A stretch of 64,000 bases of DNA from Candidatus Izemoplasmatales bacterium (GCA_050177605.1 JBFXGX010000004.1:24479-88478); one strand, 5' to 3'; numbered from the stretch's first letter, positions 11,018 to 22,122 are shown. Program-made: numbers and translations. Notes: a model not told the origin generated them from the letters alone.

Positions 11018-11209
11018 ATGGATTTATTATTATCAATTTTGAAATGGAGTATGATTCTATTAATATTGATTATTTTCATCGCAATGAAGCAAGAAATTCT
11101 GTTCAAAGATTCAAAGAAACTAAACTAGATTACAATATTGATTTTGTATATTGTATTTGTTGTTTTCTTTGTACTAAACGATTATTACCATTTTCTTAGT
11201 ATTCACTAA
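11018..11209 (+). pseudogene. Small two-helix membrane protein interrupted by an in-frame TAG at 11126-11128
   Basis: RBS GGAGGA, ATG at 11018; MDLLLSILKWSMILLILIIFIAMKQEILFKDSKKLN*ITILILYIVFVVFFVLNDYYHFLSIH*; terminator follows. Confidence 0.55.
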
Positions 11210-11223
11210 GTAATATTTGATCC

Positions 11224-11261
11224 AAAAAAAATGCAATCCTCATATGAAGATTGCTTTTTTT
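11224..11261 (+). terminator. Intrinsic terminator
   Basis: GCAATC...GATTGC stem flanked by A and T runs. Confidence 0.7.
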
Positions 11262-11489
11262 AGAAAACAATGCGCATTTAATAATGAAAATACAATTACT
11301 TTTTTCTTTATTTTTATATATATTTATTGTATGATGAAGATGTAAATTAAATTCGTAGCCTTGTATCATTTTCGCATTACGACATTTGTGCTCTGTATTA
11401 ATTTTTTTGCTGTTCTAAAATTATGAATGTAGTGTAGCAGAAAAAAGGGATGATAATTTAGCATTATATACCCACAATTTTATATTTAT

Positions 11490-13922
11490 ATGGAGAATAT
11501 AGACATGATTGAATTAAAAAACATAAAGAAAACATATCTATTAAAAAAGGGACATTCGATAATTGCTCTTCATGATATCACTCTATCTTTGCCTAGTACA
11601 GGATTAATATCCATTGTAGGGCGTAGCGGTAGCGGGAAATCAACATTACTCAATCTTTTAGGAGGTATTGATACTCAAGATAGTGGACAAATTATCATTA
11701 ATGGTACTGACCTTGGACTATTTACGGATACGGATTGGGACAATTATCGGCAAACTTCAGTTGGCTTTGTTTTTCAAGATTACCATTTAATTCAAGAACT
11801 GTCTGTATATGAAAATATAGCTCTCGGGATACGTATTTCCAGTCAGTCAGAAGAAGGCTTGTATGAAGACATTAAGAGGATTTTACATGAACTGGATATG
11901 GAATCATATATTGATAATAAGGTAAATCAATTAAGTGGTGGGCAGATGCAAAGGGTAGCAATAGCTCGAGCTATCATTAAGAAACCTCGTATACTACTTG
12001 CGGATGAACCAACAGGTAATTTAGATGATGACAATGCCAAAGTGATTATGTCTATTTTAAAATCACTTTCCAAAGAGATTCTTGTCGTTCTTGTGACCCA
12101 TGATAAAGATATGGCGAATGATTTTTCTGATCAAGTAGTTAAATTATCAAGTGGCAAGATCGATAGTATTAGTATAAATGAGACAAAAACAATGAAAGAT
12201 GAGAATCCTGTCAATTTATTAGCTCGCGAGAAAATAGTATTCAACAAGATTCCTCGTCCTTATATTTTTCAACTACTTAAAATGAATTTGTTATTAAATA
12301 AAACAAGGGTATTGCTGACTGCGATTTTATTCACAATGTCGATCATTCTATCCTATTTAGTATTATCGATTGTATTTTTTAATTACCCAGAGGTTTCATC
12401 AAAAACATTTATTGCGAATGATATGACTAGGATTACCTTTAATTACAATGATGATTGTGGTGGTTTTTGTAGTTCTGAAAATCGTTTATTATATCAAAAG
12501 ATGACTTCTCTTCAAGAAGAATATACTGATTACCGTTTTTTTTATCTCCTCAACAATGCTATTTATTTTGATGATTTTGAAACCAGCATTTCTGATAATT
12601 CAGGTGACTTTATTGTCAGTAGAACCATTAATCAAGTTGCACTATATTCGGAATCTCTAGACATAGATCTTTTATATGGTTCGACTTCAAACGAACCCAA
12701 TGAAATATTGATTACTGACTACGTTGCGGACATGTTGATTCGTAATCGGATTTTATCAGTTTCTACGATAGAAGAAGCGATATCAAAACATGTATCAATT
12801 CCTGTTTTTGGATCTTTAGTCGATTTTGTTATTGTAGGAATTCTTGATACCGATTATGAAACTTATGATGTGCCTGTAGATGACTTAAGTCAATTTGATA
12901 TTTCAACTTTTTATTCGAATCTTAACACAATATATAGCATGATCTATTTCAGCGAGGATAACCTCCAGTATTGCTTTGGACAGTCAGGTTCCTTTCTAGT
13001 ATATCTTGTTGATTCAATGAATCAAATGTATATTAACCAAGTCGGTAATTTTGATTATCTAGAACAAAAATACGATAATCTTATATTGTATGGAAACAAT
13101 CCAATTTCCAATAAGGATATTGTTATTCCTTTATCTTTGTTGATTAATCTTAACAAAATTGATTATACTACCTTTGACGCTGACCAAACGCTTTATCTGA
13201 ACGAATGGATTGGACAGACCGTTAACTTTAGTGAGTTTGATGAATCCTATACACCATCCATTGATGGATATATAATTTCTGGTGTTGTGGATGACCGCGG
13301 ATTTGAGAGCGAAGATTACGGGAATAGAATAATTCTTGTGAACAATGAACTATTCAAACAAGAAATGCTTACATATGCATTTTCTATAAATGCCAACGGT
13401 CAAGTAGAATATCATTCTCAAACATCCTTATTGCCGGAGATTATCTCTAATTTAATGGATGCGGGTTATTATCATTCATTCGTCTACCTTAATGATTTTT
13501 ATGGGACTATATTACAACTTCGAGAACTAATTTTAGTGATAGCTTCCTTTTTAGTGATATGGATTTTAGGGCAAATTTTGTTGTATACATCAAATGCTGT
13601 GAAAGCTCGACAAAAACAAATCGGCATTTTAAGAACATTAGGTGCATCTAAATCCGAATGTAACCAATTGTTCAGTTTAGAGATTATTGGAACAGTGTTT
13701 ATTTCGTATTTAGTTTCATTTCCATTGATATGGATTTTTAATCAATGGATGGATCATTATCTATCGAGCATTTATGACTACAGTTTTGTTATTTTTTACT
13801 ACTCATTCGATAAGATTGTACTGATTATTATTATTACGATGTTGATCTCACTTGGAAGCTCAATTTTAGCAATCAAGAAGTTAACCAAAAAGAATCCAAT
13901 GAATACGATTCGGCAGACTTGA
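11490..13922 (+). CDS. ABC transporter, fused ATP-binding and FtsX/MacB-type permease (likely start 11505)
   Basis: GRSGSGKS, LSGGQMQRVAIARA, LLADEPTGNLD, VTHD; C-terminal IGILRTLGA permease motif. Confidence 0.9.
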   Translation: MENIDMIELKNIKKTYLLKKGHSIIALHDITLSLPSTGLISIVGRSGSGKSTLLNLLGGIDTQDSGQIIINGTDLGLFTDTDWDNYRQTSVGFVFQDYHLIQELSVYENIALGIRISSQSEEGLYEDIKRILHELDMESYIDNKVNQLSGGQMQRVAIARAIIKKPRILLADEPTGNLDDDNAKVIMSILKSLSKEILVVLVTHDKDMANDFSDQVVKLSSGKIDSISINETKTMKDENPVNLLAREKIVFNKIPRPYIFQLLKMNLLLNKTRVLLTAILFTMSIILSYLVLSIVFFNYPEVSSKTFIANDMTRITFNYNDDCGGFCSSENRLLYQKMTSLQEEYTDYRFFYLLNNAIYFDDFETSISDNSGDFIVSRTINQVALYSESLDIDLLYGSTSNEPNEILITDYVADMLIRNRILSVSTIEEAISKHVSIPVFGSLVDFVIVGILDTDYETYDVPVDDLSQFDISTFYSNLNTIYSMIYFSEDNLQYCFGQSGSFLVYLVDSMNQMYINQVGNFDYLEQKYDNLILYGNNPISNKDIVIPLSLLINLNKIDYTTFDADQTLYLNEWIGQTVNFSEFDESYTPSIDGYIISGVVDDRGFESEDYGNRIILVNNELFKQEMLTYAFSINANGQVEYHSQTSLLPEIISNLMDAGYYHSFVYLNDFYGTILQLRELILVIASFLVIWILGQILLYTSNAVKARQKQIGILRTLGASKSECNQLFSLEIIGTVFISYLVSFPLIWIFNQWMDHYLSSIYDYSFVIFYYSFDKIVLIIIITMLISLGSSILAIKKLTKKNPMNTIRQT

Positions 13923-13945
13923 ATATTCTTACTGAATGCAAAAAG

Positions 13946-13993
13946 AAAATTACCAATTGAGATGAAAGGCACCAACAATTGGTAATTTTTTTT
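13946..13993 (+). terminator. Intrinsic terminator
   Basis: AAAATTACCAATTG...CAATTGGTAATTTT followed by a T run. Confidence 0.8.
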
Positions 13994-14204
13994 ATTTTCG
14001 CCTTAATTTTATAAAGGATTGTAATATTATAGATAGAGTAGACTAGATATAAAGATATTTTTATATTCATATATAGGTAACTCTATTTGAGAATTATCAT
14101 TATATCGATAGACTTAATTGTAATTGGTCGACAATATCTTGTTTGATTTAGGACAAGTATGTCTTTTAGCAATAACTCATTAGTATTTGAATAGATATTT
14201 ATAT

Positions 14205-14241
14205 AAAAAGTATGACTCTATTGATAGAATCATACTTTTTT
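14205..14241 (-). terminator. Terminator of the minus-strand lipoprotein gene (bidirectional shape)
   Basis: AAAAAGTATGACTCTA...TAGAATCATACTTTTT. Confidence 0.7.
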
Positions 14242-14275
14242 CTATTTAATTACTTATAGTTAAGAAGAAGTCATG

Positions 14276-17257
14276 TTACTCTACTTTACTGATGGAAGGA
14301 ATGACTAATACCAGTAAGGTTTCTGTGTATCCAGGAGTAAACTCAATATAGTAATTTCCTGGAGCGAGCGTCACACTGTTCATCCAATCGTAGCTAATTA
14401 CACTACCACTACTATCATATAATTCCGCATTTTGGTATGAATAACCAAAATCAGAATAGATCGTTTCTAAAGTATAACTGCCGGAGGAAGTAATTGTAAA
14501 GTTTACATGTGCAATTGGACTTTCTTCAGTCATCCAAAGAATTGGAGAAGTTGATAAATCCACCCAATCATAGGTATTATCAAAAGCGCCAGTAGGAACC
14601 GAAATATATTCATACGTAAATCCAAAAGTTCCAGAGAAATAACCATTTAATTGTAAATCAATCTCTGTGTCTTTTGGAAGATATAAGTAACAAGGCTCTG
14701 GTTCAAACATACTTGTAAGATTAAATCCACCATAGATATGAAGCTCCTCCAGTTGTTCATCCACCATGAGCATATCATCTTCACTCATATCCGAAACCAA
14801 ATAAGGATGAATGATTAAGACACGGTCTTCATTGCTAGATGGAACAGTAATAGTACTGCCTGAGATTCCTTCTAAAACGACGGTTGCTTCAAATGTACCA
14901 TCAAATGGATCCAAATCAAAGTAATAAAATTCTGGTAGGTAGAAATCATCAATATAAATATCTGCACTTTGTGAAAAAGGACAATATATTTTAAGGTAAT
15001 AATATCCATCATTTGGGGCGGTAAACGTGCCATCAAATTCTATCACATTCATGTCTTCATCCATAACCGTGATTGAAGGGTTACTATAATCTGCTCGTAC
15101 TGTAACGCTATAGTTTCCTGCTTTCAGATCTAGTTTCATATAGGAATATCCTGCACCCAGTACATATCTACCACTCGATGGGCCTGTGTTAAACAAAATG
15201 TTATCAATGGATTGTGGAAGTTGGAATATAAGATATCCTAAATCCAGTGGAGAAATCACAGTGACTTCTTCAACAGTTGTCACTTCAGTAGAAGTGATTT
15301 CTACAAGGAATTCATCCATGGATAATCCGGTAATTTCAAAGGAGATTTGATAAGATGAATAATCTTCACTAAATGTATAAGTTATTTTGATATCTTGATC
15401 AGATAAGCCATTGATTCCTTCTTGCTGGAACAGTGTATTTAAATCGACACCATTACTTCCAAGGAACTTTGAAGTTACCATGAGTTCATAGGTTGTATCA
15501 TTTACTTTCGTGACGGTTCTTACATAAGAAAAATCACCACTATTAAAAACTTCGTTAAACTGTTCAAAGAATTTTTCAGAACTTGCTTCTTCAGAGAGAA
15601 TATTATAACGGACTACGGGACCATCGATTTCGTATTCGACAAGATTTCCTTTTGTACCATCGATGTAATAACTATATTCTTCAAAGACGCCACTACCAGA
15701 AATCCTTGTATAGTTTCTGATATACATTTGAACAAGATCGATGCTTAGTGAATTCTCTGAAGAAGTTGTCGCAAGAACGTTATGATCATTATCAAGTATT
15801 TTAATCAACGTTGTAGAAGTAGAACTTAGACTTGGGGTGGTGTTTAGATGATTTGCGAAGGAGGATAATGCTGCACTAAAGCTAGCGACATCTCCAGTTG
15901 CAACAATTGGTTCTTCATTGAGTCCTTCTAAATCATTTCGAATATCTTGATCGATGTAAAGGTACAGCTCTCGATGTAAATCAGTAGCGAAGAAATCAAG
16001 ATTGTCGACGCTGAATTTACTCTTTATTTGTTCGAAACTATCAATATCAACAAGATTAAAGAATTCGATGTTTGCTTTTGGATGATCTAGATTCATACCA
16101 TATTGATTTAGACTAAAGATTTCATTGGTCAAATCTTCTTTACTGTCTAGATGAATCCATAAACCAAGATGTCCATAGGTAGGGGTATAAGTATAATTAA
16201 ACCAATCATCATATATCTTTGTGCCATCATTTAAAAAGATTCCGGTTAGGGGGTCAATTTCTTCACTGGAAGCGTCACTCGCCACGACATAGTCCCAACC
16301 TGTTGCAGTAACGAAATTGACTTGAAGACGGATGGCGTTATTATAGTCTTCATAGCGATACACTTGACCATATTCATCGAATATATCATACGTTTCATTG
16401 ATGATTTCATCACCTACCACAGTTAAATAGGACTGGGTATTGAGTGCTCGGTCATAGAAATTCAAGATGTATCCATTTTGAGCTTCTTCAATTCCTTCTA
16501 GTGAATCTCCTGTAGAGATTGTAAATTGTTGGTCACGCTCAATACTGGTGTATTGTACACTAGAGTTTCCGCTTGAATAGACAATATGAGTTGCTTCTTT
16601 ATTTTCAATGAACTTAAATAAAGTAAAGTCCATTTCAATCTCATCTTTTGGACTTAAGGAATTGCCAGCGTAATAGTAGGTTAATTCTGAGTATTCTAAT
16701 AAGTCTTCATTTAATCCTATTTTTAAGTATAAATGCATTGTGTCTACTAAAGCATCAATGAGGATATATCCCTCTTCTGAGAGGATAAGGGTGAATGTTT
16801 TGTCCTCTTGATCTAAAGGATGAAAAGGCTCAAATAAAGGAATATCTTCTTGGTCTTCAATTAATTCTTTAATATAAGATACAAAGGCTTGTGTTGTGAC
16901 GAGTTGTTCTAGATAGGAGTCATACACCATATCAAAATGAGTATTATAATGTGAAGCGAGAATTTCTTCTCTTGTGATTGTTTTGATCCAGTCATTCACA
17001 TCATTTGAAAGGGTAGGGTTGATATGAGATGTTTTTGGTGCCCATCTAGGTTCGATAGGATCACTACCTACAATCTCATTGAGTCGTGATTCATATACGA
17101 CGATATCTTCATAAAATTCTTGAATCGAAATAGAGGTGTTTGAAGAAGTCGTTGTACTGTCCTCATTTTGAGTCGTAGTTGTATCCTCTTTTTGATTACA
17201 TCCGATGAAGGTAGTTGTTAGTAAGATAAGGAAGATGGTTACAATATATTTTTTCAT
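14276..17257 (-). CDS. Large acidic lipoprotein, beta-rich, with C-terminal PPC-like sandwich segments
   Basis: MKK plus hydrophobic stretch plus FIGC lipobox; Thr/Ser linker; LKAGNYSVTV and LAPGNYYIEF motifs; RBS AGAGGA on the minus strand. Confidence 0.7.
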   Translation of the reverse strand: MKKYIVTIFLILLTTTFIGCNQKEDTTTTQNEDSTTTSSNTSISIQEFYEDIVVYESRLNEIVGSDPIEPRWAPKTSHINPTLSNDVNDWIKTITREEILASHYNTHFDMVYDSYLEQLVTTQAFVSYIKELIEDQEDIPLFEPFHPLDQEDKTFTLILSEEGYILIDALVDTMHLYLKIGLNEDLLEYSELTYYYAGNSLSPKDEIEMDFTLFKFIENKEATHIVYSSGNSSVQYTSIERDQQFTISTGDSLEGIEEAQNGYILNFYDRALNTQSYLTVVGDEIINETYDIFDEYGQVYRYEDYNNAIRLQVNFVTATGWDYVVASDASSEEIDPLTGIFLNDGTKIYDDWFNYTYTPTYGHLGLWIHLDSKEDLTNEIFSLNQYGMNLDHPKANIEFFNLVDIDSFEQIKSKFSVDNLDFFATDLHRELYLYIDQDIRNDLEGLNEEPIVATGDVASFSAALSSFANHLNTTPSLSSTSTTLIKILDNDHNVLATTSSENSLSIDLVQMYIRNYTRISGSGVFEEYSYYIDGTKGNLVEYEIDGPVVRYNILSEEASSEKFFEQFNEVFNSGDFSYVRTVTKVNDTTYELMVTSKFLGSNGVDLNTLFQQEGINGLSDQDIKITYTFSEDYSSYQISFEITGLSMDEFLVEITSTEVTTVEEVTVISPLDLGYLIFQLPQSIDNILFNTGPSSGRYVLGAGYSYMKLDLKAGNYSVTVRADYSNPSITVMDEDMNVIEFDGTFTAPNDGYYYLKIYCPFSQSADIYIDDFYLPEFYYFDLDPFDGTFEATVVLEGISGSTITVPSSNEDRVLIIHPYLVSDMSEDDMLMVDEQLEELHIYGGFNLTSMFEPEPCYLYLPKDTEIDLQLNGYFSGTFGFTYEYISVPTGAFDNTYDWVDLSTSPILWMTEESPIAHVNFTITSSGSYTLETIYSDFGYSYQNAELYDSSGSVISYDWMNSVTLAPGNYYIEFTPGYTETLLVLVIPSISKVE

Positions 17258-17642
17258 TTTATATCCTCTTTACAATCTATATATTTTGAAAGCTTATAAT
17301 TCATTATATCACTTGGCAAATAATTATTATAGTCTGTATTAGAGGAAATTATATTATTATTGTTTGTAGATTAGTTATTCTCTAATATCTACTTTTCTTT
17401 TTTATCAAATAGGTATAAAATAGTCAAGAAGACTAGATATAAATACAACTTTATATCTTCATTTGCGGGGGTAAAAACAAAAAATCGAGATTCCCTTGAG
17501 TCTCCTGTTATGAAATTTGTAATACTACTTAATGAAGTGTTGTCAACAGCAACATTTATAAAAGACAAATATATCAATGTTAAAAATTACTAAGTTCTAT
17601 AGATCGTTATTGTAGAAAAATATTCATTTTGAAAGGGAACAT

Positions 17643-18767
17643 ATGAAAATAAACATTTACCCAATTGTATCCTCATTACATGAAGATACTCTTATCAATC
17701 AAGAAACAACGACATTATTAAATGAATTACAATCATTAGGTAACTTTGAGATTAATATTACTGACTTAGATAATCTGTATAATGCAGATTTATCCTTAAT
17801 CCTTGTACAAAGCGGTGGATCAGAAAATCAATTTCGAAAGATCTTTCCTCATATTAAAGAACCTGTATATTTGCTAACATATGGAGGAAATAACTCCCTT
17901 GCAGCGAGTATGGAAATATTGACATTCCTTCAAAATGATGATTTTGAAGGAGAAATATTACATGGTTCTAATGAATCCTTAGTAAAAAGGATGAACGAAC
18001 TCGTTCATCCAAAGAAAAAAGATATCATTAATATGGGTGTGATTGGAAAGCCTAGTGATTGGTTAATCGGTAGTTACGTCAATTATGATGATGTTGAAAA
18101 TGAATTAGGAATAAGACTTGTTGATATTGAAATAGAAGAACTCATTGATTTTTTTCATAAAGAAGAAACACCGATTGTTCCTAATCAGTTTGACTTCAAC
18201 AAGAATGAATTAAGAGAAAGCATGAAGGTATATCATGCTTTAGAAAAAATCTTATCAAAATATGATTTAAAAGGATTTACCATTAGGTGCTTTGATTTAT
18301 TAGTCAGTATACATACAACAGGATGTATGGCGCTTTCTTTGTTCAATCAAAGAGGGATTGTCGCCACTTGTGAAGGCGACATTCCTGCGATGATTAGTAT
18401 GTATCAAATGTATAAGAAAACAGGTCAAATCGGATTTCAAGCAAATCCATCAAAGATTGATGTAGAAAAGAATGAAATTACCTTTGCACATTGTACTGTT
18501 CCTTTTAATATGGTAAAGAACTATAAGTTACTGACTCACTTTGAATCAGGTATTGGTGTGGCTATTCAAGGAGAACTTGAAAAGAAAGAAGTTTTAATCT
18601 ATAAGTTAAGCAATAACCTAAAAGATTATTACTTAGCTGAAGGAAAGATTGTTGAAACACCAAAGAAAAACAATTTGTGTAGAACACAAATCGTTGTTAA
18701 AGTAAACGATACAGATTACTTCTTAAAGCATCCATATGGAAATCACCACGTAATCGTATACAAATAG
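17643..18767 (+). CDS. L-fucose/L-arabinose isomerase-like protein
   Basis: SGGSE, NSLAASME, TIRCFDL...TTGC, CEGD, FAHCTVP, THFESG, CRTQI. Confidence 0.7.
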   Translation: MKINIYPIVSSLHEDTLINQETTTLLNELQSLGNFEINITDLDNLYNADLSLILVQSGGSENQFRKIFPHIKEPVYLLTYGGNNSLAASMEILTFLQNDDFEGEILHGSNESLVKRMNELVHPKKKDIINMGVIGKPSDWLIGSYVNYDDVENELGIRLVDIEIEELIDFFHKEETPIVPNQFDFNKNELRESMKVYHALEKILSKYDLKGFTIRCFDLLVSIHTTGCMALSLFNQRGIVATCEGDIPAMISMYQMYKKTGQIGFQANPSKIDVEKNEITFAHCTVPFNMVKNYKLLTHFESGIGVAIQGELEKKEVLIYKLSNNLKDYYLAEGKIVETPKKNNLCRTQIVVKVNDTDYFLKHPYGNHHVIVYK

Positions 18768-18842
18768 AATACAACAAGATAGAGTTCAATACGATGAGTT
18801 GTATCATAAACCAAACAAAAGAAAACGAAGTCATATATTCTG

Positions 18843-18873
18843 AAAAGCACCTTCAAACTGAAGTTGTTTTTTT
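18843..18873 (+). terminator. Probable intrinsic terminator
   Basis: CTTCA-AAC-TGAAG core stem with an imperfect extension, followed by a T run. Confidence 0.55.
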
Positions 18874-18985
18874 AATAAATACATTAAAATCAACTTTCAT
18901 TTTAATCATCTCTATATTATAATGAATATATATAGGGGATATTTTTGATTTTAATTGAATATCTAAAAATAAAAGGAGATTTCAA

Positions 18986-19897
18986 ATGAATAAAAAACTT
19001 TTTCTTTTTGCTTTCATGGTATTATTGTCTTTTACGTTAATTGGTTGCGATTTATTTAATAGTGAAGATACAACAACTGCGACTACATCTACCACTGTTT
19101 CAGAAGTTGATATCCATGACTTGGATGCATGGCTTAATTCTGATTTAGCAATTGATTTAAATGGAGACAGAAGAATTAATGAACTAGATTTTGAACTATA
19201 CAAACTCCAAAATATATATGATTATTGGAAACAATCAGATTATGCATTTGATAATAATCTTGATCGTTTAATTAATGAAGACGATTTTGAAATCTATCGA
19301 CTTCAAAATAATTATGAATACTGGAAAACATCCACTGAAGCATTTGATTTAAATGAAGATAATCTGATTAATCAAACCGATTATGATATTTACCTTAATT
19401 ACGATTTTTGGAGATATTCTTTATTAGCAGAAGATTTAAACTTAGATTATGTTATCAATCTTGATGATTATGAACTCTATTTAGAATTTGCGGAATTTGT
19501 AGGAACCTATACATTTACAAATTATGTATATGTTGGAGAGGAAACCTATGCTTTTATTTTAGATGATGGATACTTATTCTTAAAAGATTTTGGGCAGTAT
19601 CTTTCAAGGATTATTCTGTCAGTGAGTGGTGATGGATCGATATCCGTTACCATCCCTTCAGATGTTCAAGCAGTTTTTGGCTCAATGTATGGAAAGATGG
19701 TAGAAGGAACTGAAAACTTAACAATCACTCGAATTTCACCATATATTGTAGGAATTGATACTTTTGTTGTGATTGAAGAGGTAGAAGTTCAAGTTACCAT
19801 TTACTTAACAGAAACAGAAAATGGATATCATGCGACTTATGTGATGGGTATGTTTGAAGGAAATCCAACCATTTCGTTTGACATTATCATAAATTAA
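18986..19897 (+). CDS. Lipoprotein with four dockerin/EF-hand-like Ca-binding repeats
   Basis: Lipobox LIGC; DLNGDRRINELD, DNNLDRLINEDD, DLNEDNLINQTD, DLNLDYVINLDD. Confidence 0.75.
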   Translation: MNKKLFLFAFMVLLSFTLIGCDLFNSEDTTTATTSTTVSEVDIHDLDAWLNSDLAIDLNGDRRINELDFELYKLQNIYDYWKQSDYAFDNNLDRLINEDDFEIYRLQNNYEYWKTSTEAFDLNEDNLINQTDYDIYLNYDFWRYSLLAEDLNLDYVINLDDYELYLEFAEFVGTYTFTNYVYVGEETYAFILDDGYLFLKDFGQYLSRIILSVSGDGSISVTIPSDVQAVFGSMYGKMVEGTENLTITRISPYIVGIDTFVVIEEVEVQVTIYLTETENGYHATYVMGMFEGNPTISFDIIIN

Positions 19898-19985
19898 TAT
19901 CGATAGTGACATAGGTGGCCTGTTTTTCTAGATATTTTACTTATAATCGAAGATATTGAAAGAGCAGATTAAGGAGAATACTCAG

Positions 19986-20675
19986 ATGAAAAAACTTATT
20001 TCAATTACACTTATCGTTATCGTTTTGATGTTTTTGGTAGCGTGTGAAGAAGAAACCACTACTCTTGTTTCTGATTATGATGTTTGGAAATTATCCGATA
20101 TAGCATATGATTATAACGGGGATCGAAAGATTGATGCAATAGATTACGAAGAATATTTGCTTCAAAATAGTTATAGTTATTGGCGTGAGTCCTTAGTAGC
20201 TTATGATTACAACGGAGATCATCAAATTAATGAATCAGATTATGATTTATATCTTAATTTATTAGAGTTTGTCGGTTCTTACCGGATAACGAATTATACT
20301 TATGATGGTCTTCCAAGAAACTCTTTGTTAACAGGGACTTCTCGAATTTACTTAAAGGATTTAGGGCTATATTTTGCTCAAATGACAATTAAAGTCGAAT
20401 TGAATGGAGAAATCAATCTCGTTATACCTAGTGATTTAGCTACTTCTTTAGGAGACTTGTATTCATATATGATGGAAGCTTCAGAAAACATGACTATTAC
20501 TAGAATTTCTCCGGTACTCGCTAGTATAGACACTTCTATCATATTAGATGATATTGAAGTTCAGTTTTCAATTTATTTTCAACAATATGAAGGAGGATAT
20601 TCTACCTCATTTGTGATTGGCTTTTTTCCAGAACAACCAACCATTACATTTGATTTAGATAAAATAATTGAATGA
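19986..20675 (+). CDS. Paralogous lipoprotein with two dockerin/EF-hand-like repeats
   Basis: RBS AAGGAG then ATG at 19986; lipobox LVAC; DYNGDRKIDAID, DYNGDHQINESD; C-terminal domain homologous to its neighbour (EFVGxY, TITRISP, PTIxFD). Confidence 0.75.
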   Translation: MKKLISITLIVIVLMFLVACEEETTTLVSDYDVWKLSDIAYDYNGDRKIDAIDYEEYLLQNSYSYWRESLVAYDYNGDHQINESDYDLYLNLLEFVGSYRITNYTYDGLPRNSLLTGTSRIYLKDLGLYFAQMTIKVELNGEINLVIPSDLATSLGDLYSYMMEASENMTITRISPVLASIDTSIILDDIEVQFSIYFQQYEGGYSTSFVIGFFPEQPTITFDLDKIIE

Positions 20676-21277
20676 AGAAATCTAAAACTGAAGAAACAGT
20701 TATAGAAGTACTATGGGTTAAATTAGTAAGCTATTCGATTTTTACACTTGTATTAGTATTCTTATTAATCTTTGTCCCAAAACAAGTATTCGAGGATAAC
20801 ATGGCTTATACGATGGCTTCGTCTATGGCGATACCAGACTCATCGAATCTGTTGTTATATGATTATGATGTCTATGCAACAGAAGCGAGATTTACTGAAG
20901 GACTCATTGTGGATGTTAATACTGTGAAAGCAGAATTTATGGAACGAAGTGAAATTCTTGCGGTGATGATTTGTGGCGATGAATACAAGGTTGAATATAA
21001 AGAAGATTATCTTTTTATTGTTAATCCAGACACACCTGAATTAAATATCGAGTATTACCTAGCAAAAGACCTATCCGTCAATAATATGAATGTGTCCTGT
21101 CGTACTTTTATCATGTTATTTGAAGACATTTCAACTTTAGTCAATACGGTTTATATCGGCGTACTTACACTTTTCTTTGGATTAACATTTATACCTTTTG
21201 TAGTAAAACTAACAAGATTGATTATTGGATTGAAAATGAAAAACAAGTCGCAAATTGAAGAAATTATCAAAGATTAA
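20672..21277 (+). CDS. Hypothetical membrane protein (two TM helices)
   Basis: N- and C-terminal hydrophobic segments; ATGA overlap with the upstream gene. Confidence 0.7.
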   Translation: MKKSKTEETVIEVLWVKLVSYSIFTLVLVFLLIFVPKQVFEDNMAYTMASSMAIPDSSNLLLYDYDVYATEARFTEGLIVDVNTVKAEFMERSEILAVMICGDEYKVEYKEDYLFIVNPDTPELNIEYYLAKDLSVNNMNVSCRTFIMLFEDISTLVNTVYIGVLTLFFGLTFIPFVVKLTRLIIGLKMKNKSQIEEIIKD

Positions 21278-21285
21278 TAAAGTAT

Positions 21286-21312
21286 AAAAACCTACATTTT
21301 TGTAGGTTTTTT
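21286..21312 (+). terminator. Intrinsic terminator
   Basis: AAAAACCTACA-TTTT-TGTAGGTTTTT. Confidence 0.85.
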
Positions 21313-21447
21313 GATTGGTTTTTCTTTGTATTATATTATGGAATTTATTCTATAGATAATCTCTTCTTTTCTATATCCTCTTAATTCATATATTTTCGCA
21401 GATTTGTCTGTGATATAATAGGCTTAAGAAATAGAGGGTGGAAAAAC

Positions 21448-22122
21448 ATGAATCAACTACAGAATATTGATTTTTCTGATGTCAATGAAAGATTAAAACA
21501 TGTTTACTTTATTAATGGTACAGCCTATGCAGGAAAATCAACCATATGTAAAATGCTCGCGAAAAACTTTCATATGTTTCTTTGTGAAGAAAACTACCAT
21601 ATGAATGATTTTCTAGAACAAACTAATCCTTCAACGCATCCTAACTTGCATTACTTTACAACAATGAGTGGATGGGAAGAATTTGTGACAAGGGATAAAT
21701 ATACCTATGTGAAATGGCTAGAAGGTACTGCGATTGAAACAACACCATTAGAGATAGAATATTTACTATCCTTACCTAATGATAAATTAGTCATTGTCGA
21801 TACAAATATCCCTCATGATGTCTTAATCAAGATAAGCGATCCGAAAAGGATTGCTTATATGGTCACAACTCCAGAAATATCAAGAGATGAATTTTTTAAT
21901 CGATTGGACAGAGAAAAACAATTCTTATTAAGTGTCATAGAAAAAACAGATCATCCAGAGGAGAATCTTCAAAACTATAAAGATATACTCTTATATGCAA
22001 ATCGACAAGAAGTTATCGATAGATTTACAAAATCTGGTATTTTTTATACAATGAGAAAAACAATCGAAGATGATATTTATCAAAAGTATGATCAAATTTG
22101 TAAACATTTTGAGTTTATATAA
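21448..22122 (+). CDS. P-loop NTPase/kinase-like protein
   Basis: YFINGTAYAGKST Walker A near the N-terminus; VIVD Walker-B-like motif. Confidence 0.7.
   Translation: MNQLQNIDFSDVNERLKHVYFINGTAYAGKSTICKMLAKNFHMFLCEENYHMNDFLEQTNPSTHPNLHYFTTMSGWEEFVTRDKYTYVKWLEGTAIETTPLEIEYLLSLPNDKLVIVDTNIPHDVLIKISDPKRIAYMVTTPEISRDEFFNRLDREKQFLLSVIEKTDHPEENLQNYKDILLYANRQEVIDRFTKSGIFYTMRKTIEDDIYQKYDQICKHFEFI

Noticed and set aside
17389..17577. 62-aa minus-strand ORF between divergent genes
   Set aside because: It lies in the AT-rich divergent promoter region, with no RBS or motif support.
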